A stretch of DNA of 63,566 nucleotides, filler included, from Vannella sp. (taxonomy: Eukaryota), in NCBI GenBank assembly GCA_023345925.1. It is 5 parts of 5 records of this genome, joined end to end, with 100 filler letters (N's around TTAATTAATTAA, not from the genome) between each part and the next. Parts side by side here need not be neighbours in the genome. Positions count along the whole stretch, not along the records: positions 1 to 30,256 come from JAJQQN010000191.1; 4 more parts are not named here. One strand, 5' to 3'. A program made the position numbers and the translations under genes. The notes below the pieces were generated by a model, which saw only the letters and a program-made list of their open reading frames with translations, was not told the DNA's origin and searched no databases. Of this stretch, positions 1-11,308 are shown one piece after another. Position 1 is the stretch's first letter. Each line of letters begins with the position of its first letter.

Positions 1-652
1 GAGGATCGAGAGGCACTTTCAGGAATTCCTCCGCTATTTGGTTCCGATAGAGGATGGTAGCTTGAGTGCTGTGTTCGAACACTTCAAGAAGAGATTCACG
101 CGGGTATTTCTCACTACTGAGGTCCATCATCAGGCCGGAGATCATCGAGAAGAACTCGGGATCTGGTGTGATGTCGAGAATGGGGCTATTTTCGAGCTCA
201 AGGAGGAGCTTGGCTCTCTTGATTGGCGATGATAGGGTGCTATACACTTGTTCTAGATGTTTCATCTGTTCTTGGTGCTCTGTTGGGGTCTAATAACAGG
301 GATAAGTGCAAAGAAAGATCCCAAAACGTCCCTACTGCTTCGATGTTGCTGATGGATGCCTTGATTGACTCGAAGGTTTGCTCTAGATCTGTTTGGGCCA
401 CCTGAAATGATCTTTCTCTGTATCAAGAGTCAACCTTGGCGCTATCAGGCGATCTTTCCCTCACATATTGAAGGATCGGAAGTACTCTGTCCGCTCAGGC
501 CTCATCACACGGCCACACTCCTGGCATCCCCAAGTGAAGCCCCCTCTACACAACTGGCAGCCTTCCTCCTGCTCAGCGCACTCTTTCCGAAGCGAAACCG
601 AACTTCCCCAGCGAGTTACAATGCGTGGCACCCTCAAGCCGTGACGCAACAT
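1..652 (-). CDS. HSC20/HscB(Jac1)-like mitochondrial Fe-S co-chaperone, 3' end runs off the window; introns ~418-464 and ~290-335
   Basis: Manual spliced translation: MLRHGLRVPRIVTRW (presequence-like), CQLC...CQEC...EYFRSFNI-ERSFQVAQTDLEQTFESIKASISNIEA-TPTEHQEQMKHLEQVYSTLSSPIKRAKLLLEL...EFFSMI. This matches the HSC20 tetracysteine motif and the 'AYxTLxxPxxRAxYLL' J-domain helix. Both introns are GT-AG and keep the frame. Confidence 0.65.
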
Positions 653-811
653 CACCCAACCAACAACAAATGGCAAAGCAGGTCTCCCTCGATCAATCCC
701 GCATTTCCCCAGTCTGGCCAACCAGAACCCACCACAGGTGAAATGCGTTTTGGACCCTTTTTTCATTCCTCCTGCTTGATTTGATGTTTGTTTTCATTTT
801 TTCTTGCGCTG

Positions 812-2330
812 ATGGATGAAGTGGGACTGGGGAGCGCACTTTTGTCGTTGGTAACGACGGTGGTAGCTCTTGCTTGGGGAGCTCATTTGTGGAGGCACTT
901 TATCTTACCTCGCTTGCGTAATCAGCCTCCAATGGTGTCTGGCATTCTACCCTTCGTGGTATGGTGAAGAAGGGGGCTGCGAGTCGGACAATGGGATAAC
1001 GTGGGGTAGGGATGTGCAATTGCGCTTGGAAAAGGGCCACCTGTCCACTTTCTGAAGGACTGTCAACGAAAGTATGGAAACACATTCACTCTGCACTTAG
1101 CAGGGCGGTATCTGACATTCCTCCTTGACCCTGAGGACGTGGAAGTGTTCTTCTCGCGTGATGAAGCGACGGTAGACTTTCAGTTTGCCACCCAGCCCTT
1201 CCTTAGTCGATGCTTTGGAGTTCCCAAGGTAAGAAGACCACAATAAGTGACTTTCACCGCCTTCTTCTGAAGATAACCTTTTCAAGGATCTTTACTTTGC
1301 CTATCACGAGAAACTTCTTCAATTAGTCCGAGCCAATCTTCTGGCCACTAAGATGGACGACTTTGTGGGCACTTTGAGTGCTGGGTTCCGCAGTCATTTG
1401 GAGGAGCATTGGATTGTGGGAAAACCTGTTCCTTTGTGGGAAGCTGTCCAGAGACTGAACTTTACAGTGACTTTAAAGGCTCTCTTAGGAGAGAGTGTCA
1501 AGTCGGATTCAGTTGAACTGCAAAAGGCGTTCCATGCTTTCGATGGGTGGTTTGAGATTGCCAGTTCAGATATCCCGCATTTGCTCCTTTGGAAGTTTAC
1601 CTCTGCGAAAGCCCTTTTGCTCAAAGAACTGCGAGCTGTGGCAACTACCCTATCTCCAAAAAGTGGAGCTGCATCCCGGAATACTGGAGAATCTATGCGC
1701 GATGAGCTCGGAGAAGAGGGTCTTGAGTATTGGCTTTTGGCAATCATGTGGGCGGGTGAGGCCAATGCGATTCCTACGTTATGGTGGACGCTCTATTACA
1801 TGAGCAGGCAAGCCAAATACCTCCAAAAGACACTGGAACAGATTCACCTTGTTTTGAATGGTCGCCAAATCTCGCAATTGAGCTACAAAGAGCTGCTTTC
1901 AATCACCTCTGTGAAGAATGCACTCGAGGAGAGTATAAGAATGCATGCCCCTCCACTAATTGTACGGGGAGCACGCCAATCCATTGTTACGAAGGACTTT
2001 GAAGTGCCAAAAGGGCATTTTATATGCCTCTCTCCTTTTTGGGCGCATCGAGAAGAAAGCGCTTACTCACAGGCTGGAGAATGGAACCCTGACCGATGGA
2101 ACGAGGCAAGCACGAGGACAGCTGTGAATCTGGCTTTCGGACGTGGGAAGTATCGTTGTCCAGGACAATCTTTTGCGTACTGCGGAATGATAGTGGCACT
2201 GTGCCATATTATAACCTCCTTTGACGTTGAAATCAAAGGGGAAGCCCTCATAGACCCCAACAATCTCGTTGGAATGACCAAACCTCTTCGTGACCTTGAA
2301 CTCACTCTTTCTCCAAGAGGCTCGAATTGA
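812..2330 (+). CDS. Cytochrome P450, CYP7/8/39-like (sterol-modifying clan); at least 2 introns in the 5' part
   Basis: N-terminal TM followed by PPMVSGILPF, KYGNTFTLHL, I-helix WAGEANAIP, ExxR (ESIR), PDRW and heme motif FGRGKYRCPG. Confidence 0.9.
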
Positions 2331-2587
2331 GGACTTCCTACTTATCTGATAAACCCGGGGGAAAACGGACAGTTGATGATTGCTGCAAAGCCTCGCTCTT
2401 GTTCTGTAACTTGCCGTTCATCACATTTAATTCCCACAAGAACTAAAGTTTCTTCGTCTCTATAGGTCTTACGGTACTCCACGACGACCAACCACTCCTC
2501 TGATGGAGACTTCTTTTGAATCGTGAACCTCCTGAAGGACTGCGAGTCTTGATCTGAGCCGTGTGTCCCATCCCCTCTTGTTCTTGA

Positions 2588-2772
2588 AGCAAAAAGTGAA
2601 AAAATGAAATCAGTCCAAAAGCTTATCCTAAAGAGAAAGAGGCCATCAGGGGGCAAGCCACGAGTGAAAGGGGAAGAGGGGGGCAGAACTCGTGCTTGCG
2701 TATCTTGCCCTGATGGCCTCCATCTCTTCAAGATAAGCTTTTGGATTGATTTCATTTTTTCACTTTTTGTCT
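2588..2772. repeat. Long imperfect inverted repeat (hairpin, ~68-nt arms)
   Basis: 2588-2657 (AGCAAAAAGTGAAAAAATGAAATCAGTCCAAAAGCTTATCCTAAAGAGAAAGAGGCCATCAGGGGGCAAG) is near-identical to the reverse complement of 2704-2772. Confidence 0.9.
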
Positions 2773-2911
2773 GCTTGAGGGGAAATGAGTCGGCACTCGT
2801 GACTTCTCTTCGCAAACACCCTTCACTCCGGAATTATTTCGAGAATAAATGCCCACTCACTGGCGCTCACTTGAGGGGTTGCCAGTACGTTGGAAAGAGT
2901 CATTCCAAATC

Positions 2912-5241
2912 GATGCTGCCCAAAGCGGTCCCGCACGCGCAGAAGGACATCCCTTTGGACAACATCGACTCTGTGTTGGTCACGAATGAGTGTACAGTAT
3001 GCAAGGTGTACTCGGTGTTTGAGTCGCGCGGGTTGAGTGAGAGAGGCGTGGTGTGTGTCACGAACCTTCAAATCCTCTTCATCACCAAGCAAGTGGCCAC
3101 GCTGCGGGCTAGCCGCTCTCTCATCAAGGGCGCCACCATTCTGGAGAAGATCCCTTTGTGCTTGATTGACTCTCTTACAGACAACACTCTCAACCCTCTC
3201 CATGCTCCAAACAAGAGCGCAGATCCGTCCCTGACTCTCGTTTGCAAAGATGGACGAGTTTGCACCTTCCTTGTGGGCAGCACGGAGGATGTAGAGCGTC
3301 TGTATCATCATATCTATGCTTTCGCGTTCCCTGGGACCAACTCGAAGCTCTTTGCCTTCTACAATCGCCCAAACAAGAGCGAACGCAAGATTGTCGACCT
3401 CTACCCGAACCAGCAAGAAAGCGATGAAGAGGAGAGTCAAGAGGGCTCTCCTTTCCCTCCTGAACTGCTCCCTTCAGGTAGCTCTGACGATCTGTCGTCC
3501 AATGGCATGACAGACACCACCGAAGACGACGAGGAGTGGGCAGAGGATGAGAACGACACAGAGTTCATGATGTACGATGGTTGGGATGTGTACCATCCAA
3601 AGCGGGAGTTCTTGCGCCTGGGTGTGCGCGTTAGCGGGAGGGAGAAACGCAAGAAACTTCCCAGATATCTTCGGGAGCAGCTGAAAGAGGACTCCTCCAA
3701 TCTAGCAGGCTCTCCCATCTACCGTTCACAATGGCGATTGTCGAAAGTGAATCGCAGTTACGAGCTGTGCTCGACTTATCCCCGCTATATTGCCGTTCCC
3801 AGGCTTATGAGAGATGAGGAACTTATCCAAGCGAGGGGGCTTCGCAACTTGGACCGCATTCCCACTTTGTCTTTCCTTCATCCTGAAACGTATGCAGCGA
3901 TATGCCGTTCCTCACAGCTGTTTGTGGGGTTCCATGGACCAAGAAATAGCAGTGATGAGAGGATATTTGCCTGTATCCGAGCGGGAGGGCTCAACCCCAA
4001 CGCTTCTGTGTACTTTTTAGATTGCCGTCCACACAATCCAGCTCGAGGCGGCCGTGGATGTGAGAATCTGCGTTACTATCCCCACAGTGAATCTGAGTAT
4101 TTGGGAGTCCGGTCTGTAAAGAAGCTGAAGAGGAGTGTTGATGCCGTTTGGGAGCTGGTGCGAGAGTGCCAGGAGGTTCTGGCATCTTTTACAAGAAATG
4201 AGAAGATTGCAGTGGGTATCATCGACGCTCTGAGGGATCCGCGGGCCATCAGCTGGATTGGACATCTCAAGAGAATCATTTTAGCAAGCCGCCGAGTGGT
4301 TCAATTGGTGCAGCAAGGGAGCAGTGTCATCGTGCATTGTCCTCAAGGCAGAGACAGATCACCTCTTGTCGTATCTCTTGCGATGCTCCAATTGGATCCC
4401 TTTTACCGAACCATTGAGGGCTTCGAGATTCTGATAGAGAAAGAATGGACCACCAGCGGACATCAATTCCAGCTACGGAGTGGCCATGGAGTTGAGAATG
4501 TCGGAGGCAAAGACGAAGAACGAGCTCCAGTCTTTGTCATATTCCTGAATTGCGTTTGGCAGTTGCTTCATCAACATCCAGACTCATTTGAGTACAACGA
4601 AGATGTCAGTCCAAGCCTTTTCCTTTTCTTCCTCCCTTTGACTTATCATCATTTACTAGTTTCTTCTCTTCCTTTCTGAGAGTGTCTATAGCTGTCGCTT
4701 TGGAACCTTTTTGCATAACTGTGAAAAGGAACGGAAGGAATCTGATCTATTTGGCAAAACGTGCTCTCTTTGGTCCTTCACCAATTGCAACCCTCGGTTC
4801 CTTAACCCGAGATACCGACAGCTCATGGTCAGTAATGTTGAACTTGGCTTGCTAGATAACTCACAATCAGAGAAGACAGAGAAGGAATCGAAATATGCAA
4901 AAGTCTCGCTTCTTGTTGTGGACTGCGACCGTCTTCAGTTATGGTTGGGATACTTCTTCCCAACGCTTTCTGTTCCAGTTGTTAGTAGCGTTCAGCACTG
5001 GCAGGGAACCGACTTATCTCGAAACCTTCCATTCTCACAAGAAGAAAAGCTCAAAAGACGCGTCGAGGAACTCGAAGAGACCCAACAGAAGCTTCTGGCA
5101 ACCGTTGAATCCTTCAAAAAGCAAAACCAAGAGCTCTTCAACGACAACGAGCGCCTTCACCAACAAAACCGCCGGCTCCAACAGCTCGTTGATCAGAACG
5201 CCCTCCAAGAAGACCCTCCAAAGGGTGACTCGATCCAATAG
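2912..5241 (+). CDS. Myotubularin-family phosphoinositide phosphatase (PH-GRAM, PTP domain, C-terminal coiled coil); intron ~4605-4659; start uncertain
   Basis: WRLSKVNRSYELCSTYP, RIPTLSF, VIVHCPQGRDRS, LDPFYRTIEGFEILIEKEW, APVFVIFLNCVWQL, FGTFLHNCEKER. Confidence 0.9.
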
Positions 5242-5331
5242 AATGAATGGCGTCATCGGGGGACGACTTTGAGCTGTTTTCCGTTCGTTTCTTTCATTTT
5301 CTCGTTTCCTTTTGAGGGAGGTGGCCTGGTT

Positions 5332-6349
5332 GATGGTCAAACAGGTCACAACAGATGCCCTTCTTGCACAGGAAGACGGTTCTATCATTGAGGTATATGC
5401 TGAGCGGTCTAAGCCGTCTTTAGGGTCTTTGGGGAAACGCCCTCGGATACACCGATTGCTCCTTCAGGTTGCGGGGGTTCTGATAGGCTTACTTCTCTTC
5501 GTTGTCCTTCTCTTTGTAGCTCTGTCTGTTATGGTGCATCATCAGAAGCCTACCTATGAAGGCAACCCTGGAAACAAGGACGTTTCTTTCACAGCTGAGT
5601 ATCAGATCAAGCTGGTGAACGTGCGAGCTTGGCAAGACCGAGAAGAACGCATATCTGACTGGATGAGCTTCATGCAAGATCATTCTCGCTTTCTGAACGT
5701 CTCAGCGACCACCCAAAGCACCTTGGTGAGATATCAATACTTCCTAGACCTTAGTGGTTGGCGTCACTGTCGCTCTAATCATGAGATTAGAGTCAGAGAG
5801 TTTGAACGCATTGAAACTGGAGAGGCTGGCATCACTGTGGATCTTAAGGAGAGCACTTCTACCGCTGCGAAGTCACTTCTGCTACCATTCTGGCCTGCAC
5901 CAGAGCTCAAAGCATCACAAAAGTGTGAAGAAGATATCCATGAGTGTGAGAGCAAGTTCTCAAGGGAAACCCGCATCTCACTAGCCCGCAATGAGCGCCA
6001 ACTTGTGACCTGCTCCGACATGAGGGGCCTGTTCCCTTGGCTGATGAGCCCAAGCAAGATTAGAGAGCAGAACGAGCTTTCTGTTCTTCGTATTCAACAC
6101 TGGTGGGTCAGAGAGTACTCAGGAATGCTCAATGACACCACCAAATTCAAAGTGTCTTTCACTTTGCGCTATCTCAATGACCAAGCCGCTCATGACGAGT
6201 CCCTCGCACCAACCAGCGGTGAATGGTCCATCCGAATCTACTCTATTGATAGCGGTCTCTCTGCTCAATGGGATGATGAAGTGCGAAACGACACCAAAGA
6301 GTGCTGGCAGCAACTCATTCGCCGGTTTGGGAACGGAGACTGCCACTAA
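5332..6349 (+). CDS. Type II membrane protein with a possible CYTH/triphosphate-tunnel-like ectodomain
   Basis: Long ORF with one TM (LLLQVAGVLIGLLLFVVLLFVAL). Motif order AEYQIKL, YFLD, EIRVRE, VDLK, KCEEDI, GEWSIR resembles CYTH-like folds. Confidence 0.55.
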
Positions 6350-6404
6350 ACAGTCCCTTCAGAGCCTCACGAGCTTCTCAAATACGAGGGTATCAATGAA
6401 AGGT

Positions 6405-7493
6405 TCATTTGGACTGTCTAGCCACCAGGGCGGGACATTCACGGCAGTGCCCAGCCTTCCAAGCTTCAATTTGACACTGTTTGGAGCAGTAACGGCGCAC
6501 CTTGCATCTTGAACAAGCCATAAAAGGAGTCTTGGGGTCCTCAATCTTACAGCAACGGTCACAGTCTCGGGGCTTGGCAGCAGGAGTCCGCCCACGCATC
6601 ATCACGAAACATCCCAGCATGATCTGCTTGATCTGAGGGTTTCGAGGGGAGATAGCCTGTAACACCTGCTGGAAGCCAGCTGCTTCCATCTTTGCAATGT
6701 AGACAGGGCCCAGAACGCTCATCGCCATGATGAATCGGGAAGTACACATCAAACTGGGGAGAGGAGCCTCCTGGTAAGGCACTTGAATGTCCTCATCACG
6801 GAGGTACTTGCGAACGACCTGAAGCACACTTACATCGGCAATCTGATCAACAGTAGTCAGATCGCTCTGGACGGCAGAGACTCGCAGCAATTCTGAGGCA
6901 GTCTGGATGGCCAAGTTTGCGGTTGTTGTGTCACAGGGGAAGCCCTTCTCGATGGCACCAGCTTGCTTCAGGATGCTTAGCACTACAGGTACGAGCTCCT
7001 TCACGTCAGAAGAGCGGGCATTCTCGTCGTTCCGAAGAGCCTCCGAGATAGTGCAGAGGATAAGCCGCCGGATTGTGACGAACCCATCAGGGATCGAAGC
7101 CTGATCATTTGAGACAGCACGGGCCTCTGCATACTCCGTACAAAGACGCAGAAGATGAACGAGAACATCCAAAGCGCCTGCAGCAAGGATTAAAGGTTTG
7201 TAAACCTCCTCCGTGCACCAAAGGAGAACCTTCTCCAACTCTCCTATCTCGACCACACTGAGAGTAGCAGCTCCCTTGAGAGCTTCCAAAGAAGCCTTTG
7301 CCTCCTCCTCTGGGAAAGGAGGACGTTGAGCAGCAACAGCGTTCTGCTCTTCCAACGCCTTCTGCCACGCAACCACCTCCTCCAATGGGATCTCCCCTGA
7401 TTGCAGTTTCTGCAGAAGTTCCAGCGTAGCAGCAGCAGCCTCGGGATTGCCACGAAGCGCTCCGATCTTGGCGGCAACCTCCTCCTCCGACAT
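6405..7493 (-). CDS. ARM-like helical protein with a C-terminal MYND zinc finger
   Basis: C-terminal CDRC...CSRCKVRRYCSKQCQIEAWKAGHCREC is the MYND consensus. Confidence 0.85.
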   Translation of the reverse strand: MSEEEVAAKIGALRGNPEAAAATLELLQKLQSGEIPLEEVVAWQKALEEQNAVAAQRPPFPEEEAKASLEALKGAATLSVVEIGELEKVLLWCTEEVYKPLILAAGALDVLVHLLRLCTEYAEARAVSNDQASIPDGFVTIRRLILCTISEALRNDENARSSDVKELVPVVLSILKQAGAIEKGFPCDTTTANLAIQTASELLRVSAVQSDLTTVDQIADVSVLQVVRKYLRDEDIQVPYQEAPLPSLMCTSRFIMAMSVLGPVYIAKMEAAGFQQVLQAISPRNPQIKQIMLGCFVMMRGRTPAAKPRDCDRCCKIEDPKTPFMACSRCKVRRYCSKQCQIEAWKAGHCRECPALVARQSK

Positions 7494-7549
7494 GAGACCA
7501 CCAACCAATGAATTTCCATTGAACACCAAAATCATTCATTTCAACACCC

Positions 7550-8148
7550 TCAAACTCGGATTTGTTGGAGAAGTCGTTCCAACTCAAAGTCGACGATTGT
7601 GGAGTTGCGGCAGCACTCAGGTGTGTCACAGCACTTTCCAAACTCGCAACAGATTGGTTTGTCAAGGTTACAGCAGCGGAAGGGGACGGGGCCCTTGTTC
7701 TCGCAGCAGTAGGATGAATCTTCGCTGCAGCACAAGCCACCGCAGCAGGACTCGTCTTGCTTGCAGCAAGAAGAGGTTTCGAAGCCTCGTACACCAGGGC
7801 AACAGTTTTCGTCTTCTTTACAGCACAGGCCATCGCAGCAGTCTGTCCCAGCTCCGCAGCACAAGGCGTTCTCTCCATCGGAAGCTGCACAGCACTCCGA
7901 ACCGGCCTCACAACAGAGTTCTCCTTCACAGCACGTCTCATTGTTTGAGCAACAAGATACTGCAAACCACCAAACCGCGTTAACCCCAAACACAAGCAGA
8001 TCAAGAGAGACTTACGGCCACAGCATCCTCCGTACGGCTCACAACACTCTCTACCTGGAGGAACCTTGCACTGATTGCACGTCTGAGAGAGACACATCGT
8101 GATAAAGTAGGCCATAAGACCAACACAAAGGAGTCGAATGAACCACAT
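7550..8148 (-). CDS. Secreted cysteine-rich protein built from CC repeats; one intron ~7962-8016
   Basis: Signal peptide MWFIRLLCVGLMAYFITMCLS followed by many CC doublets spaced ~5-10 aa apart; GTAAG donor and GCAG acceptor join the two ORF pieces. Confidence 0.7.
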
Positions 8149-8274
8149 CCTCTCCTGCCTGGTTATGAAAAAATGAAAGAAACTAAAAAAACTAAAATGG
8201 GCCAAATTGTGTCAACATGGGCAAGTCCGTCAAAGATATTTTGAGGATATTTTGGGCATTCTTCGCTGAGGCTT

Positions 8275-11269
8275 ATGGCTCATCAGCCAGTGCTGGGCGA
8301 GTTACTGCCTGAGGAACGAAAGGATGCAGTGGAAGAGGAGAACGCGATTACCTTGAAGACGGAGTGGAAGCGCAAGGGCGAGCGTGTCGACTTCTTTACT
8401 CAAGGGGCCTCCAACGCTGATTTCTTTGATCTTGTGAGTCAGAGGCTGTTGCTTGGGAGGTGGTAAGCTGGTTCTAACTGTTATCATCTTAGTTGAAAGC
8501 GTCTGCGCAGTCTCTAAAGGAGAAGACAGTGATGGATGGGTGGCTCTCGAAGCTGGGTGGCAAAGGAATCAAGAAGAACTGGCGTCGTCGTTGGTTTGCC
8601 CTCACGTACGACAAGTATCTTTACTACTACAAAACAGATCAAGTAAGGATCCTGAGGGTGTTGCTGGTTCTCTCTCTGACTAAGGAGCAGGACGAGGACC
8701 CAACTGGTGTGATCTGCCTGGACGATTACTGCGCTGTTACTTCACTGGAGGACACCAAGAAGAAGTTCCATTTCAAGCTACACGCTGATGAGACCTCAAC
8801 GGTTCGAGTCTTCCGGTTCTGCACCGAAACCCAGAAGGAGCAGCTCCAATGGATGAGTGCCATCGAACAAGTGTTCCGGGTAGGCTGCCTTCCAAGACAC
8901 TGGATAACTGTAGTTGATAAGTCATTCGATAGGCTCCCAAGATTGATAACTCTCGCACGAAGATTGTGACTCGTGTTGTCGATTCGGAGGACCACTTGAG
9001 GCGCATTGCTCGGCTTTATGTCCGAGGTAGGTCCTCCATCATTGAAACCAGGCCTATTCTGACGATTCATTAGTGGGCGAAGCCCGAAATCTTCCAAAAG
9101 CGCTGACAGGCAGCTCTACGAGTAGTTATTGCATTGTAGATCTGCAGGACAAGCAAGTCCGGACTCAAACGATCTGGGCGACAAGGGAACCCATGTGGAT
9201 GGAGGAATTCTACTTGTAGGTGACTAATTTAGTCATTCCTACGCCTAATTGACATGAACAGGGACGTTTTGAACCCAAACGAAGAGATTGTCAAGATCAC
9301 TTGCTGGCGCATGGAGCGGGCAGGTAAAGGAGATATGATTGGCAAAGTGGAGGTTCCCGTTCAGACCCTGAGCGACCAGAAACAGCACGAACAATGGTAC
9401 CCGCTTGCGGGCGCAGATGCAAGCGAGTATATTGCTGGGGAGGTGCGGCTGAAGTTGGAGTACAAGAAAGAGGAACAGTTGCTCTTAGCTCAGGTTGTAA
9501 GCGCCAAGAATCTTGCCCCAAAGGGCATTGGAGGAACAAGTAATCCATACGTTCGTGTACAGCTGGGGAGGCGGAAAAAGAAGACGAAAGTGGTGAATCG
9601 TACGCTAACGCCTACTTTCAACGAGATCTTTGAGTTTAAGGTGAAACCCGATGGAACGGACGAGCTGGTTGTGGTTTTGATGCACCGAGACAAGTTAAAC
9701 TCTGTCTTTATGGGGCGCTTTGCAGTGCCTTTCATGGAACTGGAGCCAAACTATCTATATGATGGCTGGTATGTGGTGACAGCAAATGGGGTGGAGGATA
9801 CAGAGGAGGATGAATATAGCAGCGGAGTTGATACACCTCCAGTGAATGAGAGCCCCACTACCAGAAGGAGAGATACTATTGAGCACTTGCCCGCTGGCTG
9901 GCAGCTGGGCCCTCACCGCAACCGCCAAGGAGGTGATATTCCACGCGTGGAATCTGCAACGGACATCTCATCGCTTGCTGAATTAGCTCGTAGGAGAGGC
10001 GCAGAGAGATCAAACTCGACAGTTTCTCTTCAAGATCGCCGCAAAGTGCTTAGTTCGAGCTCCGAAACAGGGCTTTCTTCTGAGAGGAAGCCAGTCTCCT
10101 TGGGAGACATCAGAATGGTTCTCAAGTACACACAGGAAATGGTTTTACCCTCTGTTGAGTACACAGAGCTTCTTGAGTTAATGATGGAGGACAAATTTGC
10201 TGTTCTTCGAGCTTTGGGGTCCGTCACCACCGAGAAGGAGGATGTAGGACGCTGTTTATCTCAGATATTTGAGGCTAAAGGCAAAGCTGAAGAACTCATT
10301 ATCTGCCTTACCTGCGAGGAGGTGGCTCATACGAATGACCCGGATGTGCTCTTCCGTGCAAACTCGTTAGCAACGAAAACCTTTGATTACTACTTGAAGC
10401 TGGTGGCGCTTCCCTACTTGCGGAACACCCTCGAGGAAACAATCAAGGAGATCTATGTCACAAAGAAGTCATGCGAAGTGGATCCTACCAGGCTGGAGAA
10501 GAGTGAAGACCTTCCACGCAATTTTGCGAATCTCCACGGCTTTGCCGAGGAGATCTGCTCAAGAATCTTCCAATCTTTAGAGCAGTGTCCAAAGTAGGTC
10601 GCCGCTTTTTTGGACGGCTAGTCACTCACTCTCTTCTAGCAAGATCCGGAGGATCTGCCATTCATTGCAAAAAAGTGTTCTTGACAAGTATCCAGAACAA
10701 TGCGAAACTGTCAAGTACACCTCAGTCAGTGGCTTCCTCTTTTTACGCTTCTTCTGCCCTGCAATCATGGGTCCCAAGCTATTTGATCTCATGAAAGACC
10801 ACCCAGATATGAAGACCTCCCGAATCTTGGTAAGTTAAACGCTAATCGCTGCGCTGCTTCCTCAAAGCGCTCTCCTCACCATCATGACAGACGCTATTGG
10901 CCAAAATACTTCAGAATCTATCAAACCTATGTGAGTTCGGCTACAAAGAAGCCTACATGAAGGATATGAATACCCTCATCCTTGAACGCACCCCCGCTTT
11001 CAAGCAATTCGTTGATGAAGTTTGCGTGAGTGATTCCCACTTCTCAGAGAAGGGATTCTAACCAGACACAGTCACTTCCTGATGTCCCACGAAGAGAAGA
11101 GTCTCCGCCAGTAAACTTTGGAAGGGAAATGGCAACTATTCATCGCCACTTGCTCAATAACGAGGAGGCCATCAAAGCAATCGATCCAGATTCTCCCGCT
11201 TTGAGGAAACTCGCCGGAACTCTGGATAGGCTTCGACTTGTCCAGGAGCTCTATGAGATGGGAGAATAA
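8275..11269 (+). CDS. RasGAP with PH and two C2 domains (GAP1/RASAL-like), multi-exon
   Basis: PH domain [20 protein letters not shown]2 domain [20 protein letters not shown], arginine finger [10 protein letters not shown] and FLRFFCPAI motif (~10740). Confidence 0.9.
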
Positions 11270-11308
11270 ACAGGTTATCGCTCATGTATAGAAGAACAGA
11301 ATGAGCCA

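Noticed and set aside
2342..2911. ORF 2342-2815(-) and the N-terminal extension of ORF 2604(+), which share the peptide MKS(I/V)QKLILKR
   Set aside because: The similarity is a by-product of the inverted repeat; there is no independent coding evidence.
7105..8205. 366-aa minus-strand ORF
   Set aside because: A chimera of exon 1 of the Cys-rich gene read through into alternative frames of that gene and the MYND gene.
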